Below are positions 28,302-37,972 of a DNA stretch of 64,000 nt, piece by piece (within the stretch, counting starts at the first letter, position 1; every line of letters starts with the position of its first letter). The notes under the pieces are model-generated. The model was not told where the DNA came from. It worked only from the letters and a program-made list of their open reading frames with translations, and did not search any database. Position numbers and translations under genes: made by a program. The stretch covers positions 1 to 64,000 of the IMG/VR virus record IMGVR_UViG_3300033984_000473; one strand, 5' to 3'.

Positions 28302-29027
28302 CTATTCAGATAAAAATTTATCTAAATTATTTAATAGGTTTTCTTTTAATATTGGTTTTTTAATTTCTACGTTTTCAACATATGGTGCCATTTCTTCTCT
28401 ACTTCTTCCAATCCACGCATCTGGTGTAGATGGTGCTGTAACAACATCCCAACAAATAATCTCGAAATCGTCTTGAACAATTTGCTCACCGTTTTTACCT
28501 TCTTTAAGTGAACCAACACCTCTAGAAGATACACCTATCTTAATTCTATTTCTTAGTAAGTTAGCAACTTCATCACCTTTGGTTGATACGATACCATAGT
28601 TAATAAAACCAGGTGTCATTAAGATTTCCATCTTACCCATAAGTGTATGACCTTCCCACCATGTTTCAACAATGTTGTGTGATATTCTATCACCAGCAAT
28701 AATTGAAGACTCTGGGTGGTCTAATTCACCAACAGCTCTACGTTCACGTATTGCTTCTTGATATAGTCTGTCTTGATGTTTAAGGATAGCTTCTGGATAG
28801 ATTCTACCATTACGATTAAGTATACCGTATTTCTGTAATACCACGTAAACTATAAGTGGTTCAACTATTGCTAGTTTCCCACCAGTATCTAGTTTTTTAA
28901 TTTCATTAATGAATGGTTGATTTCTAGGCTCTTCTGGAGATATATAACCAGCATCATGCTCGATTAATCCACCCCAACCGCTTTCACCACGTTTTAATAC
29001 TCTAAAGTCTTTATAATTTATGTCCAT
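28302..29027 (-). CDS. Prohead protease (T4 gp21-like)
   Basis: NRNGRIYP, GELDHP, SH, GVSSRGVGSL, DVVTAPSTPDA. Confidence 0.95.
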   Translation of the reverse strand: MDINYKDFRVLKRGESGWGGLIEHDAGYISPEEPRNQPFINEIKKLDTGGKLAIVEPLIVYVVLQKYGILNRNGRIYPEAILKHQDRLYQEAIRERRAVGELDHPESSIIAGDRISHNIVETWWEGHTLMGKMEILMTPGFINYGIVSTKGDEVANLLRNRIKIGVSSRGVGSLKEGKNGEQIVQDDFEIICWDVVTAPSTPDAWIGRSREEMAPYVENVEIKKPILKENLLNNLDKFLSE

Positions 29028-29045
29028 GTTTACTATCTATATAGA

Positions 29046-29055
29046 TATAAATATC
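29046..29055 (-). promoter_or_regulatory. Putative late promoter GATATTTATA
   Basis: 18 nt upstream of the protease ATG. Confidence 0.6.
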
Positions 29056-29065
29056 GACAATAAAT

Positions 29066-29097
29066 AAAAAAACCCCCAATATCACTATCGAGGGTTT
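29066..29097 (-). terminator. Intrinsic terminator
   Basis: Minus strand AAACCCTCGATA-GTGA-TATTGGGGG followed by a T run. Confidence 0.65.
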
Positions 29098-29110
29098 AAA
29101 TTTTATTATT

Positions 29111-29554
29111 TTATATTTTTTTCTTGTGGAATTTGAATGTTTTATTTTCATCAAATACCGATTTAATAACCATAGGTGTAATCCTATCTAAGTTATAACT
29201 CATCTTATCCGAGTTTACTGGTAATTCTGTGTGTAAGAATAATGTTATCTCACAATTCATAAAGCTACGCTTGCCGTATCTTATTCCAGACTCTCTTATG
29301 TCTAAGTCAACTATTGTATCGTTTCGAACAAAATCACTATCTGATTCTGAATAAAAATGATTAAACAATACATTTTTTATTTTCTTGTTAATGTCTTTTA
29401 TACTTCTTGTGTAATTGACACCTTCTTCCTCTAAGGGTTCGGCCCATGCCGAGATGTTAATATAAACCGCTTTTGGGTTTTTGTTGTTAACACTACCAAA
29501 AACTACATTATAGTTTTTGAAGTTGTTATTCTTGATTTCTTTTCCTGTTTTCAT
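29111..29554 (-). CDS. Hypothetical conserved phage protein
   Basis: ATG 29554 (MKTGKEIK) sits downstream of a Bacteroidota-type promoter. Confidence 0.7.
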   Translation of the reverse strand: MKTGKEIKNNNFKNYNVVFGSVNNKNPKAVYINISAWAEPLEEEGVNYTRSIKDINKKIKNVLFNHFYSESDSDFVRNDTIVDLDIRESGIRYGKRSFMNCEITLFLHTELPVNSDKMSYNLDRITPMVIKSVFDENKTFKFHKKKI

Positions 29555-29572
29555 ATACCTGGTATTTTTATA

Positions 29573-29603
29573 CAAATATACGCATTTTTCCAGGAAAGTC
29601 AAA
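29573..29603 (-). promoter_or_regulatory. Bacteroidota primary-sigma-type promoter TTTG-N19-TATATTTG
   Basis: Fits the -33/-7 consensus TTTG/TAnnTTTG. Confidence 0.7.
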
Positions 29604-29608
29604 TCTGG

Positions 29609-29950
29609 TTAGTGACCCATTTTACCCCAAATAGAAATCGCAATTCCGATTATGATTTGGATAAATGCAACTATTGCAATAGCAGCACCTAACAATGTTT
29701 TTTGTTTATAAAGTTCATCCTTAGCTTCTTTCATTTGACTAGGTGACCAAACTTCATTTACTTTTTCAATCCATGCTGAATTTGTACTAACACTTTTTTC
29801 GATGCTCTTAACATCGTTTAATTTAAGGTTCATTTCGTTTAGCTTTCCATCAAAGTCTGAACGCATTTTTTCGTGGTTATCATTTAAACGCTCCAATTCC
29901 TTTAGAACTAATTTACTGTAATCTCCCCAACTATCTTTTTCTTCTGCCAT
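29609..29950 (-). CDS. Coiled-coil protein with one C-terminal transmembrane helix (holin-like candidate)
   Basis: LLGAAIAIVAFIQIIIGIAISIW. Confidence 0.55.
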   Translation of the reverse strand: MAEEKDSWGDYSKLVLKELERLNDNHEKMRSDFDGKLNEMNLKLNDVKSIEKSVSTNSAWIEKVNEVWSPSQMKEAKDELYKQKTLLGAAIAIVAFIQIIIGIAISIWGKMGH

Positions 29951-29952
29951 GG

Positions 29953-30183
29953 TTATATAATATTAATTTTATTTAATATATTAGTTACTGCAATGCACAT
30001 TGACTCGTAACATTTAATTTTTATTTTCGCTGTTTTAGCATCGTCAATTTCTTCTTTTCCGATGTCGACAACTTCTTTTAATTGTTTGACAACTTCTTTA
30101 TATGAGTTGTCGGTATTTTGTGAACATATCTTATCAGTCAAGACTCTTAACTGTAGAATATTTTCACTTGGAACGCTTTTCAT
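29953..30183 (-). CDS. Hypothetical protein
   Basis: 76-aa ORF in operon. Confidence 0.6.
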   Translation of the reverse strand: MKSVPSENILQLRVLTDKICSQNTDNSYKEVVKQLKEVVDIGKEEIDDAKTAKIKIKCYESMCIAVTNILNKINII

Positions 30184-30205
30184 GGTATTAATGTTTAATT
30201 ATTTA

Positions 30206-30973
30206 TTATTTTAAACTAGTTCTCAATTCTACCAATTTTGATATGTTTTTGAAAAAATCTTCATTGATTTCTAATTTGTCATTTAATAATTTGTCTTTAA
30301 CACGCAATAGTTTATCTTTTGCGTTTAAATCCGCACCTTCAAGTTTCAAGTTTATCATATCGATACACTCTCTAACTGTTGCTGTATATACTTCAGATTT
30401 TTTAACATCATCTGAATCAATCAAAGCTTTAAGAATTTGTTTTTCAGATTCATCTAACATTGAATATTTTTCATTGTATTTTTCAACCATGATAGTTGAA
30501 ATCATACTGTTAGGTAAATCGATTGATTCTTTAACTTCTTTTGGTTTATTTGTTTTCATGAAATTGATAATACTAGCAGTAGCCTCAACGATTGCGTCAA
30601 TGTTGCCAGTTGTTTTATCCGTAAATATTAATTTTGAAATATTTTCGTGTAACTCTTCATTTGTATATTCACCTTTAGCTTGTTCAAACAAGATTGGGTT
30701 AGCTAAAGCGAAATTAGCCTCAACTATATCGTTTTTTGAAAACTTTTTAAGTAGAGCAATATTTTCTTGTAAAAACAAATTTGCTTTAAATTCATTTTCC
30801 TCTATCTTATTTTCAATATTATTATAAACTAAAAATTGAGTTCTTAAAATATCACTCTCTTTAATAGTTTTTATGTATTTTTTGAACAATTGTTTGCTAT
30901 CGTTGTTTTTATCAACAAGCCCTTCAGCCAAAATTCCATTAAACGCATTTTTTATTTTACCAAAATTTTGCAT
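30206..30973 (-). CDS. Hypothetical head-module protein
   Basis: 255 aa, between portal and protease; AATATTTATTA motif upstream (~30988). Confidence 0.7.
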   Translation of the reverse strand: MQNFGKIKNAFNGILAEGLVDKNNDSKQLFKKYIKTIKESDILRTQFLVYNNIENKIEENEFKANLFLQENIALLKKFSKNDIVEANFALANPILFEQAKGEYTNEELHENISKLIFTDKTTGNIDAIVEATASIINFMKTNKPKEVKESIDLPNSMISTIMVEKYNEKYSMLDESEKQILKALIDSDDVKKSEVYTATVRECIDMINLKLEGADLNAKDKLLRVKDKLLNDKLEINEDFFKNISKLVELRTSLK

Positions 30974-31019
30974 ATGTTTTTATTTATTAATAAATATTAT
31001 AATTTACTCGAAAAAATCA

Positions 31020-33050
31020 TTATTCTTCCAACATTTTGTCAATACCACTAATCATGTCATCGATGTTTTCATTTATCTTAACATTCTTATCGTAAATCTT
31101 AACTTTTTCCTCTTTGTTTGTTTCAGTCGGTTTCACTGATTCTATTAGCAAATCAACAAATCTACCCTCGTATTTTTTATTTCTAGCATTAAGTTTTTCA
31201 CTCAAAATACTTTTTTCTTCTTTAAGTAATTTTTTTAATTTATTTACGGATTCAGCTACAGTTTCTGGGGCTTCTTCAGTTGCCGCAGCACCTTCTTCAC
31301 CACCAGCTTCAGTTGCCGCTGCACCTTCTTCACCTTCAGCACCACCTTCAGTGTCACCAAAGTCTAAATCTTCACCAGCACCGCCACCGCCACCGAATGA
31401 ACCACCTAGACCACCGCCACCACCAGCGGCACCATCTTCACCTTCTTCACCACCAGCAGCACCACCACCAGTTAATGCAAGTTGATAATCACCATAGATT
31501 CTATCTACAACATCAAACATACCAGTATGTTTAATAACATTACCAGAATTAGCCAATTCAGCTGAAGCGGCTTTTTCCATTCTTTGCTCAAGTAAATCTT
31601 GTTTGATTTCATCATCAGACCATCCTAGGATATCTCTATGTGCTTTAGTCATCGACATAGCACCAAATCCATTACCAGCATCGGCCACAGCATCTTTATA
31701 AAGAGTAATCTTCAATTGTAAATGCTCAATTTTAAGCATTTCAGCCTGTGTAGATGGGTTGTTAAGTGTAAGTGTAAAATTATCTAAGTCTTCTTCAAAA
31801 CCTAGAATGTATAAATGTATAATCGCAATCTTATTAAGCTCTTGAAGCATAGATTGTTGGATACGGTTGATTGTTCTAGAGAAACGAATATCTTGTAGAG
31901 CTAAGTTTTTACCCTCACCTGTAGCTTCCTCAAAACCTAAGAAAGGCTTAGGAACACGCAATGCTGTGAATAAATTTCTTTGTAAGTATTCAATATCTGC
32001 AATCTGGTCCAAGTTTTCAGCACCAGGCAATGTATCAATAGGGTTAGGTGCACCTTCAGTTCTCATAGGGATAAAGAAATCTTGGTCATTGGCCAATTGG
32101 TTATAACGTAAATCGATTTGACCAGTTTGTGGGTCAGTAATTGGCATACGTTTAAATCTGTCAGCAATTTGGTTTACGTAAGCTTCAACATCGGCATCAT
32201 CAATATTACCAACATAGATTTTATATACTCTACGTTCTGGAGCTCTAGTAACACGGTAAACAAGCATTGAATCCTCAGAAAGGATAAGTTGTTTCCAAAT
32301 ACGTCTTGCTTTCTCTAAAACTGATGTTCCGTAAGGTAAACGTCTATCATCACCTAGAAGTCTAAAGTGAGCAATTTGCCATGAATTGAATTCAACATCA
32401 CGACCTCTCCAGAAGAATTTTACTTTATCTGTACTACTAACTTCTTCGTTAGGTAATTCTCTACCAGAAATCATATCAAACAATCCACTTTCTCTACGTT
32501 CCATTTCATAGTTAGGCATTTGTTTACCACCTAACACACCATGAGTATCATCTATATTCAAATAAACAAAGTTATCACCGTATTTACATGTATTTCTAGT
32601 CCACATCGGTAATGATGTGTGCAAATCAAGTCTATTGAAGAATAAATCTTCTAGGATACCTTTTACACGTTTACTATCAGAATAGATATTCATTACCCTA
32701 CCGTTATCATTTACTGTTGTAGATTCTTCCATCATTACGTCTAATGCAGCCGCAATTGTTGGGTAAAACTCCATAGCTTCGAAATCGGAATAAGAACCGA
32801 TACGAGTTGTTTCATAGTTGATTGATTGTTGGAACAATCCACTCTCAACTTTTTTCCAAGTATTTCCTAATAACTTGTTTTGTTGTGCTTGTAACTTTGC
32901 TGCGTCAAACTCAGCTTTGTCAGTAGTTCTAAGTAATTCACCTTTACCCAAGTTGTAACGTTGAGTTGGTTGTTTTTGAGTATGCTTAACAGCATCTGGA
33001 CTAATTACTTGACCTAATCTTTGAAATAATGTTAAATTTTTATTTGCCAT
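31020..33050 (-). CDS. Portal protein (T4 gp20-like) with a Gly/Glu/Ala-rich C-terminal extension
   Basis: YGTSVLEKARRIWKQL…YRVTRAPERRVYKIYVGN, DFFIP, IDTLPG, ALRVP, DIRFSRTINRIQ. Confidence 0.95.
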   Translation of the reverse strand: MANKNLTLFQRLGQVISPDAVKHTQKQPTQRYNLGKGELLRTTDKAEFDAAKLQAQQNKLLGNTWKKVESGLFQQSINYETTRIGSYSDFEAMEFYPTIAAALDVMMEESTTVNDNGRVMNIYSDSKRVKGILEDLFFNRLDLHTSLPMWTRNTCKYGDNFVYLNIDDTHGVLGGKQMPNYEMERRESGLFDMISGRELPNEEVSSTDKVKFFWRGRDVEFNSWQIAHFRLLGDDRRLPYGTSVLEKARRIWKQLILSEDSMLVYRVTRAPERRVYKIYVGNIDDADVEAYVNQIADRFKRMPITDPQTGQIDLRYNQLANDQDFFIPMRTEGAPNPIDTLPGAENLDQIADIEYLQRNLFTALRVPKPFLGFEEATGEGKNLALQDIRFSRTINRIQQSMLQELNKIAIIHLYILGFEEDLDNFTLTLNNPSTQAEMLKIEHLQLKITLYKDAVADAGNGFGAMSMTKAHRDILGWSDDEIKQDLLEQRMEKAASAELANSGNVIKHTGMFDVVDRIYGDYQLALTGGGAAGGEEGEDGAAGGGGGLGGSFGGGGGAGEDLDFGDTEGGAEGEEGAAATEAGGEEGAAATEEAPETVAESVNKLKKLLKEEKSILSEKLNARNKKYEGRFVDLLIESVKPTETNKEEKVKIYDKNVKINENIDDMISGIDKMLEE
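31275..31333 (-). repeat. Imperfect tandem repeat encoding GEEGAAATE twice in the portal tail
   Basis: TTCAGTTGCCGC(A/T)GCACCTTCTTCACC occurs twice. Confidence 0.75.
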
Positions 33051-33095
33051 AACTTTTTTATTAAATTATAATGTTTTTTTTAGAAAATTAAAGAG

Positions 33096-33350
33096 TTATT
33101 GAACATAATCACACTCTACGTATGCTAAATGGGCTTGTTTATTCTCAACAATCCCCAAACTATATACGTAAGTTGTTATCCAATCTTGCCCTTGTGAGTT
33201 AGGTAATGCAGAACAATAATAAGGCTTAGCGTTATTATTCAAAGAATTGCTTGCCGTTCTCTTTGTTAAATCATTAGGTAATGGTGACCATTTATATAAT
33301 TGAGCCCCACTAGATTTTAATGTAAATACTTTTTTTCCTACAAATGCCAT
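33096..33350 (-). CDS. Hypothetical protein
   Basis: 84-aa ORF between terminase and portal. Confidence 0.6.
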   Translation of the reverse strand: MAFVGKKVFTLKSSGAQLYKWSPLPNDLTKRTASNSLNNNAKPYYCSALPNSQGQDWITTYVYSLGIVENKQAHLAYVECDYVQ

Positions 33351-33354
33351 TGTT

Positions 33355-35133
33355 TTATCTTTGTTTATTCATCCCACCAAATAACCACATATATTCACCT
33401 CTAGGGTCTTGAACATTTTTGTATGCGACATGTTGTGGGTTTATTTTAGTTACTTCTTTACCAGTAACTGTATCTACTGATGTTGTAGTCGCTGGCCCTT
33501 GTGCTGAATTAGCACTAGATAACCAACTATTCAACATAGCTTTGTTTTGTTTTTCAAGTCTTTCTAATTTTTTGAAAGCGTGCTCGATTACCCATAAAGC
33601 CATACCCATAGCCATAAGTAAATCATCATGGTAACCTTCCATGTGGTCTGGTCTACCATTTTTGTAAATAAATGTTTTCATTTCAGATACCATTCTAGAA
33701 GAACGAATCTTAACCCCGTTGGTTCTAATTTGATATTCTAAATTTGAAATCATAGGTAAACGTACCGAAGTAGCGTGGAACCCTGGAATTTTATTGTCTT
33801 TATCGTAAGATGTTAATTCTCTTTGTCTAGCCGAAAGTATCTTACCATTAGCATTATCATAGTGAAGTAATTTGTAATCAAATTCTAGTAATTTTAAAAC
33901 TGTAGAAACACCCATACCACCAGTCACATCGACTACTGTATAAGCTTTATATAATTCACCGTATTCTTCTACGATTTGAGCTAGTAAATCTGGTTGTATC
34001 TTACCTTGATACTCCATAACCTGTTCCATCGTTGTAAAGTCTAATATAATGATTGTAGAAGCATCTTCACCATCACCCCTAGATACATCGACACCCATGA
34101 TATATTGGTGGTCTTCTCTAGGTTGGTCCCAAATCCAAATCTCACCTTCAGCACCATAGGTTAATAATGGTTTCATTACGTTTGTCTTTTCTTGGAAAGC
34201 TATGTGTTCTTCATTGATTACGTTACCACCAGACCCAATAAAGGATACATCAAGCTCTTGTGCAATCATCTTGGCATCGTTGTTCATACCTAAACACATT
34301 TCTTCATACCATGATGAAGTCGGTTTCCAACCATCATCAAGTCTTCTATTGTATGAATCAAATGTAAATTCAGTTTCTACTTCTAATTCATCACCCTTGA
34401 ACCATCGTAAGTCTTTGTTGTAACGTAAATCTTCATACCATTTCATTTCAACGATATTGAAGTTGTTTTTACCATTCTTAGCTTGGTCATATGTTTTGTA
34501 GTACAAAGCATCCATACCTTTAGGAGTTGAAATAAGCGTTGCTTTTCCCCCAGTACCTAAAGCAGTAAGAGCAGCACCAAATACTTCGGCACCGTTATCG
34601 ATATAGGCAGCCTCATCCATGATAAGGTAAGTCGGTGTAAATCCACGCAAGGCATCTTTAGATGTTGCAACCGCTTTAACACGGCTACCATTAGGAAGTC
34701 TAATCTCTTTCTTAGAATCGGTAATAAAAATTGATTTAGCTTCGTTCTTAGCGTTACCGTAATATTCGTCACCCCAAATCCATCTAGGTAGTTGAGATAA
34801 GAAATCTTTAATCTTAGCTAAGAACTCAAAAGCAAGTTCTTGTTTATTCGCAATAATTAGAATGTTTTCTGGATTGTCAGCATCGGCCCAGCCGACCTTG
34901 ATTGACATATAAGCAGCAGTTGTAGTTGATACACCAGCCTGTCTAGGTTTAGTTACTAGATTAAATCTGTGTTTTTCGTAAGCGAGAATAATTTCCTTTT
35001 GTCTAGGAAATAACTTAAAGGGTACAAAACCCTCTTGCGTTTTATCAAATGTTTCCAAATACGTTTCAATAGCGTAAGATGGGTTCATCAGACATTTCGT
35101 ATATTCTTTAAATATTTCGTGTGTCGTTAGCAT
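33355..35133 (-). CDS. Terminase large subunit (T4 gp17-like)
   Basis: KPRQAGVSTT Walker A, LIMDEAA Walker B, ISTP, GVDVSRG nuclease motif, HDDL; ATG 35133 follows CATATTTATA. Confidence 0.95.
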   Translation of the reverse strand: MLTTHEIFKEYTKCLMNPSYAIETYLETFDKTQEGFVPFKLFPRQKEIILAYEKHRFNLVTKPRQAGVSTTTAAYMSIKVGWADADNPENILIIANKQELAFEFLAKIKDFLSQLPRWIWGDEYYGNAKNEAKSIFITDSKKEIRLPNGSRVKAVATSKDALRGFTPTYLIMDEAAYIDNGAEVFGAALTALGTGGKATLISTPKGMDALYYKTYDQAKNGKNNFNIVEMKWYEDLRYNKDLRWFKGDELEVETEFTFDSYNRRLDDGWKPTSSWYEEMCLGMNNDAKMIAQELDVSFIGSGGNVINEEHIAFQEKTNVMKPLLTYGAEGEIWIWDQPREDHQYIMGVDVSRGDGEDASTIIILDFTTMEQVMEYQGKIQPDLLAQIVEEYGELYKAYTVVDVTGGMGVSTVLKLLEFDYKLLHYDNANGKILSARQRELTSYDKDNKIPGFHATSVRLPMISNLEYQIRTNGVKIRSSRMVSEMKTFIYKNGRPDHMEGYHDDLLMAMGMALWVIEHAFKKLERLEKQNKAMLNSWLSSANSAQGPATTTSVDTVTGKEVTKINPQHVAYKNVQDPRGEYMWLFGGMNKQR

Positions 35134-35145
35134 ATTCTTTTTAGT

Positions 35146-35155
35146 TATAAATATG
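35146..35155 (-). promoter_or_regulatory. Putative late promoter CATATTTATA
   Basis: 12 nt upstream of the terminase ATG. Confidence 0.6.
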
Positions 35156-35186
35156 CTAAAATATAGTAAAATCAATAATACCAAAT

Positions 35187-35213
35187 GATAAAGGCCCCAA
35201 ACGGAGCCTTTAT
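35187..35213 (-). terminator. Intrinsic terminator
   Basis: Minus strand AATAAAGGCTCCG-TT-TGGGGCCTTTAT. Confidence 0.7.
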
Positions 35214-35236
35214 TTATAATAATCTAGTATTTTTTG

Positions 35237-36535
35237 TTAGAATAATTCACCAATATCGAACCCATCATCTTCAGTGGAATCATCTTCGGATTCACCCATG
35301 TGTTTACCACCCATAAGTTCTTCTAAATCAAATCCTTCGTCCTCAACTTCTTGTGGGTTAACACCAGAGATTTCAGTCATAGCCTCGTTGAATTCGTCTT
35401 CATGTAATCCATTTCTAACTTCTTCTACGATAGTCTTTATGATTTTCTTACCTTCTTTGGTTCCAGCAACGATTTCTCTCATCTTTTGATTAAACTCTCT
35501 AACTGGTAAAGCGGCTATTTCACTATATATGTGATGTTTCAAGTCAAAATCATCTGGGTCAATAGCTTCAGTAAATCTATTCCATAACGCTGGACCTATT
35601 CTCATATCCCATGGTTCGGCAGCCAAGTAATCAGCTTTGTTTATTACATATTCACCGACTTTTTTGTTCTGTGGTAATCCATGTGCTGATAATAATTCCA
35701 TAACGCCTTTTACTAACTCATGTATAAGAACTGGGAAGACCATAGCTTGTACATGTATCACAGGTTTTGGATTATCTTTGGTTGGAAACATAACTCTAAC
35801 AACACCGCCATTTACACCGTTTTCCATCTTAGGGATAACATAATACATATAGTCAGCCGCAGCCATCATCTTAGCATATTTGTTTGGTAATCTAGGGTCC
35901 ATTTCACTTAATTCATCATCAACCATATGGAACATATGACTACATTTTTTAGCAGCACCCTGTGTCATTGCATTAAGGAATCTTCTTTTATGAACTTCTT
36001 CATTAGCATTAACCATTGATTCATGGTCTTTGAATTCTATTTCTTTTGTAATTGGTTTAGGGTTTTTCTTAGTACCAACCATATTGATATTTGGAGTTAG
36101 TTCTGCGTGTATTTCAACAATATCTTCACCCATATCATATTCTTCACGAATCATTTTGATAGCTAATTTCTCTAATTTTCTTTTGTGTTTAGACTCTAAA
36201 GCCATACTATCGTGAACCAAAGGCATCATCTCACTAATAAGCTTAGAATTATCAATTGAATCACAATCAAAAGCTCTTTTGTAGCGTTTAGCAACCTCGT
36301 TGAATCTTTCACCCATAATCTTTTGTTCAAAAGAACTTTCATCACCAGATGGTAATATTGGGTTCTTTTCCAAAGAGTGTTTCCCTTCTGCTAATTCCAA
36401 CTCTAATATAGGGTCCATTCTTTCAGAAAGTCCTTCTGGATAAACAACACCTTCATTAAGCATTTTTCCTTTGTTCTCTTTAGCTAATTTAGCCTTTCTT
36501 AAAGCTTCTTCAGCTATTTTTTTGTAGTCTGCCAT
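35237..36535 (-). CDS. Conserved phage head-region protein with a zincin-like HELxK segment
   Basis: FPVLIHELVKGVMEL; N-terminal MLNE site; acidic tail. Confidence 0.65.
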   Translation of the reverse strand: MADYKKIAEEALRKAKLAKENKGKMLNEGVVYPEGLSERMDPILELELAEGKHSLEKNPILPSGDESSFEQKIMGERFNEVAKRYKRAFDCDSIDNSKLISEMMPLVHDSMALESKHKRKLEKLAIKMIREEYDMGEDIVEIHAELTPNINMVGTKKNPKPITKEIEFKDHESMVNANEEVHKRRFLNAMTQGAAKKCSHMFHMVDDELSEMDPRLPNKYAKMMAAADYMYYVIPKMENGVNGGVVRVMFPTKDNPKPVIHVQAMVFPVLIHELVKGVMELLSAHGLPQNKKVGEYVINKADYLAAEPWDMRIGPALWNRFTEAIDPDDFDLKHHIYSEIAALPVREFNQKMREIVAGTKEGKKIIKTIVEEVRNGLHEDEFNEAMTEISGVNPQEVEDEGFDLEELMGGKHMGESEDDSTEDDGFDIGELF

Positions 36536-37575
36536 TATTTTATATCTTTAACTTTTATAGTTTTTATTACGGTTTTCGGTTTAATAGATTCTAATAATTG
36601 ATTTTTAGTTATAAGCTTAGATTCAGCTACCGCTGGAGCTGCTGGTGCAGCCGAATCAGTTTGAGCAATATCTTTAAATGAAGTCATTAAACTACTTAAT
36701 TTATTCAATGGAACACCAATTTCAGCAGCCATAGCTGTAAGGAATTGTACTTGTTCGATTGGTTTGTTCAACTTAGATAATGCAACGCTAAATTTATCTT
36801 TTATTAGTTTACCTAGTTTTTTAACATCAGTTTGAAGTGATTTGACATCAACACCACCAGTGTTACTATCTTCTTCATTGATGTCTGATTTAAAATAATC
36901 ACCAAATCTAAATTTCTTAAGAGTTTTAGCATCCATGTAATCTTCATCTGAACCTAACTTGATACCAGATTTAATCATTTCTTTTGTTGTTTTAAACTTA
37001 GCTGTAACCTTACCGTTTCTGATATTTACAAAAAAATGTTTGTAACCAGGTAAATCAGATAAATTCAAATAATCGATAAACCCTTCTTTGTCATTGTAAG
37101 ACCTTTCTTCAGTGGCATAATCATCTTCTTTTATCGGTAAACTTTTACCTTCTTTTTCCAACATAGGCAACGCTATTGTTTTTTCAAAGTGTTCAACAGC
37201 GTGAATAAGATTATTACCAATTTCGTCTTTCTCATCATGACAATATACCGCCATTACAATTTGTTTATCAGCTGTCATACCTCTAACCATTTGGTATTTT
37301 TGAGCACCTATGGTAAATGGTTTCGAAACTTCACCAGTTTTATCATCTTTAACATTAGAAAGATATTTGATAGTTGCATCATCTTGTGGTGCAATCACCG
37401 CTTCTGGCTCCAATACATCATCATCTTCTTCTAAGGTTAAACTAGCTTTAGCTGTTGCGTTCTTATCAACAACCACCGTATCAGTCTTTTGTAATTTATT
37501 GGTACTAGCAAGTGTTACAGCAGCATTTGGGTCACCAACTACAAATTTCGCTTCTTGTATTTTATTTTTGTTCAT
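36535..37575 (-). CDS. Putative prohead core/internal protein
   Basis: Multiple I/L-x-E sites (IQEA, IKED, INEE, VAES, LLES). Confidence 0.6.
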   Translation of the reverse strand: MNKNKIQEAKFVVGDPNAAVTLASTNKLQKTDTVVVDKNATAKASLTLEEDDDVLEPEAVIAPQDDATIKYLSNVKDDKTGEVSKPFTIGAQKYQMVRGMTADKQIVMAVYCHDEKDEIGNNLIHAVEHFEKTIALPMLEKEGKSLPIKEDDYATEERSYNDKEGFIDYLNLSDLPGYKHFFVNIRNGKVTAKFKTTKEMIKSGIKLGSDEDYMDAKTLKKFRFGDYFKSDINEEDSNTGGVDVKSLQTDVKKLGKLIKDKFSVALSKLNKPIEQVQFLTAMAAEIGVPLNKLSSLMTSFKDIAQTDSAAPAAPAVAESKLITKNQLLESIKPKTVIKTIKVKDIK

Positions 37576-37972
37576 GTTTTTTTATATTATAATTAAGTAT
37601 TAGGTCTTTTTCGTATAACTTTTCTTCTACTTCCTCTATCGGTAAACCAAAGTGGAAATGAAGTCTTTTTTCTGGGTAAGCATCATAAGCATTTATATTT
37701 TCCCATGCTAACGGAAGTACACCATCAACAGAATCCCATACAGCAAACTCTGAACTTTCTTGAATTAAATCTAATTTTAATTCTGATTCAAGTCTACCAA
37801 CATTTTTAATAAAATTGTCGTGGGGAGCCTCTGGTCGCCCAGCAGCTGGGTATGTATCCCATTCCTCACCATCAATATTTTCAGTTGTATCTGAAAAGAT
37901 AAATTCATACACATAGTTTCCTTTGTAATCTTTACCTATTTTATTGACATATATTAAAAATAAATCTTTCAT
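37562..37972 (-). CDS. Hypothetical acidic protein
   Basis: 136-aa ORF in operon. Confidence 0.7.
   Translation of the reverse strand: MKDLFLIYVNKIGKDYKGNYVYEFIFSDTTENIDGEEWDTYPAAGRPEAPHDNFIKNVGRLESELKLDLIQESSEFAVWDSVDGVLPLAWENINAYDAYPEKRLHFHFGLPIEEVEEKLYEKDLILNYNIKKHEQK

Noticed and set aside
30243-31534. Plus-strand ORFs of 84-194 aa (including Pro/His-rich ones)
   Set aside because: Antisense shadows of the portal and neighbouring genes, produced by low-complexity codons
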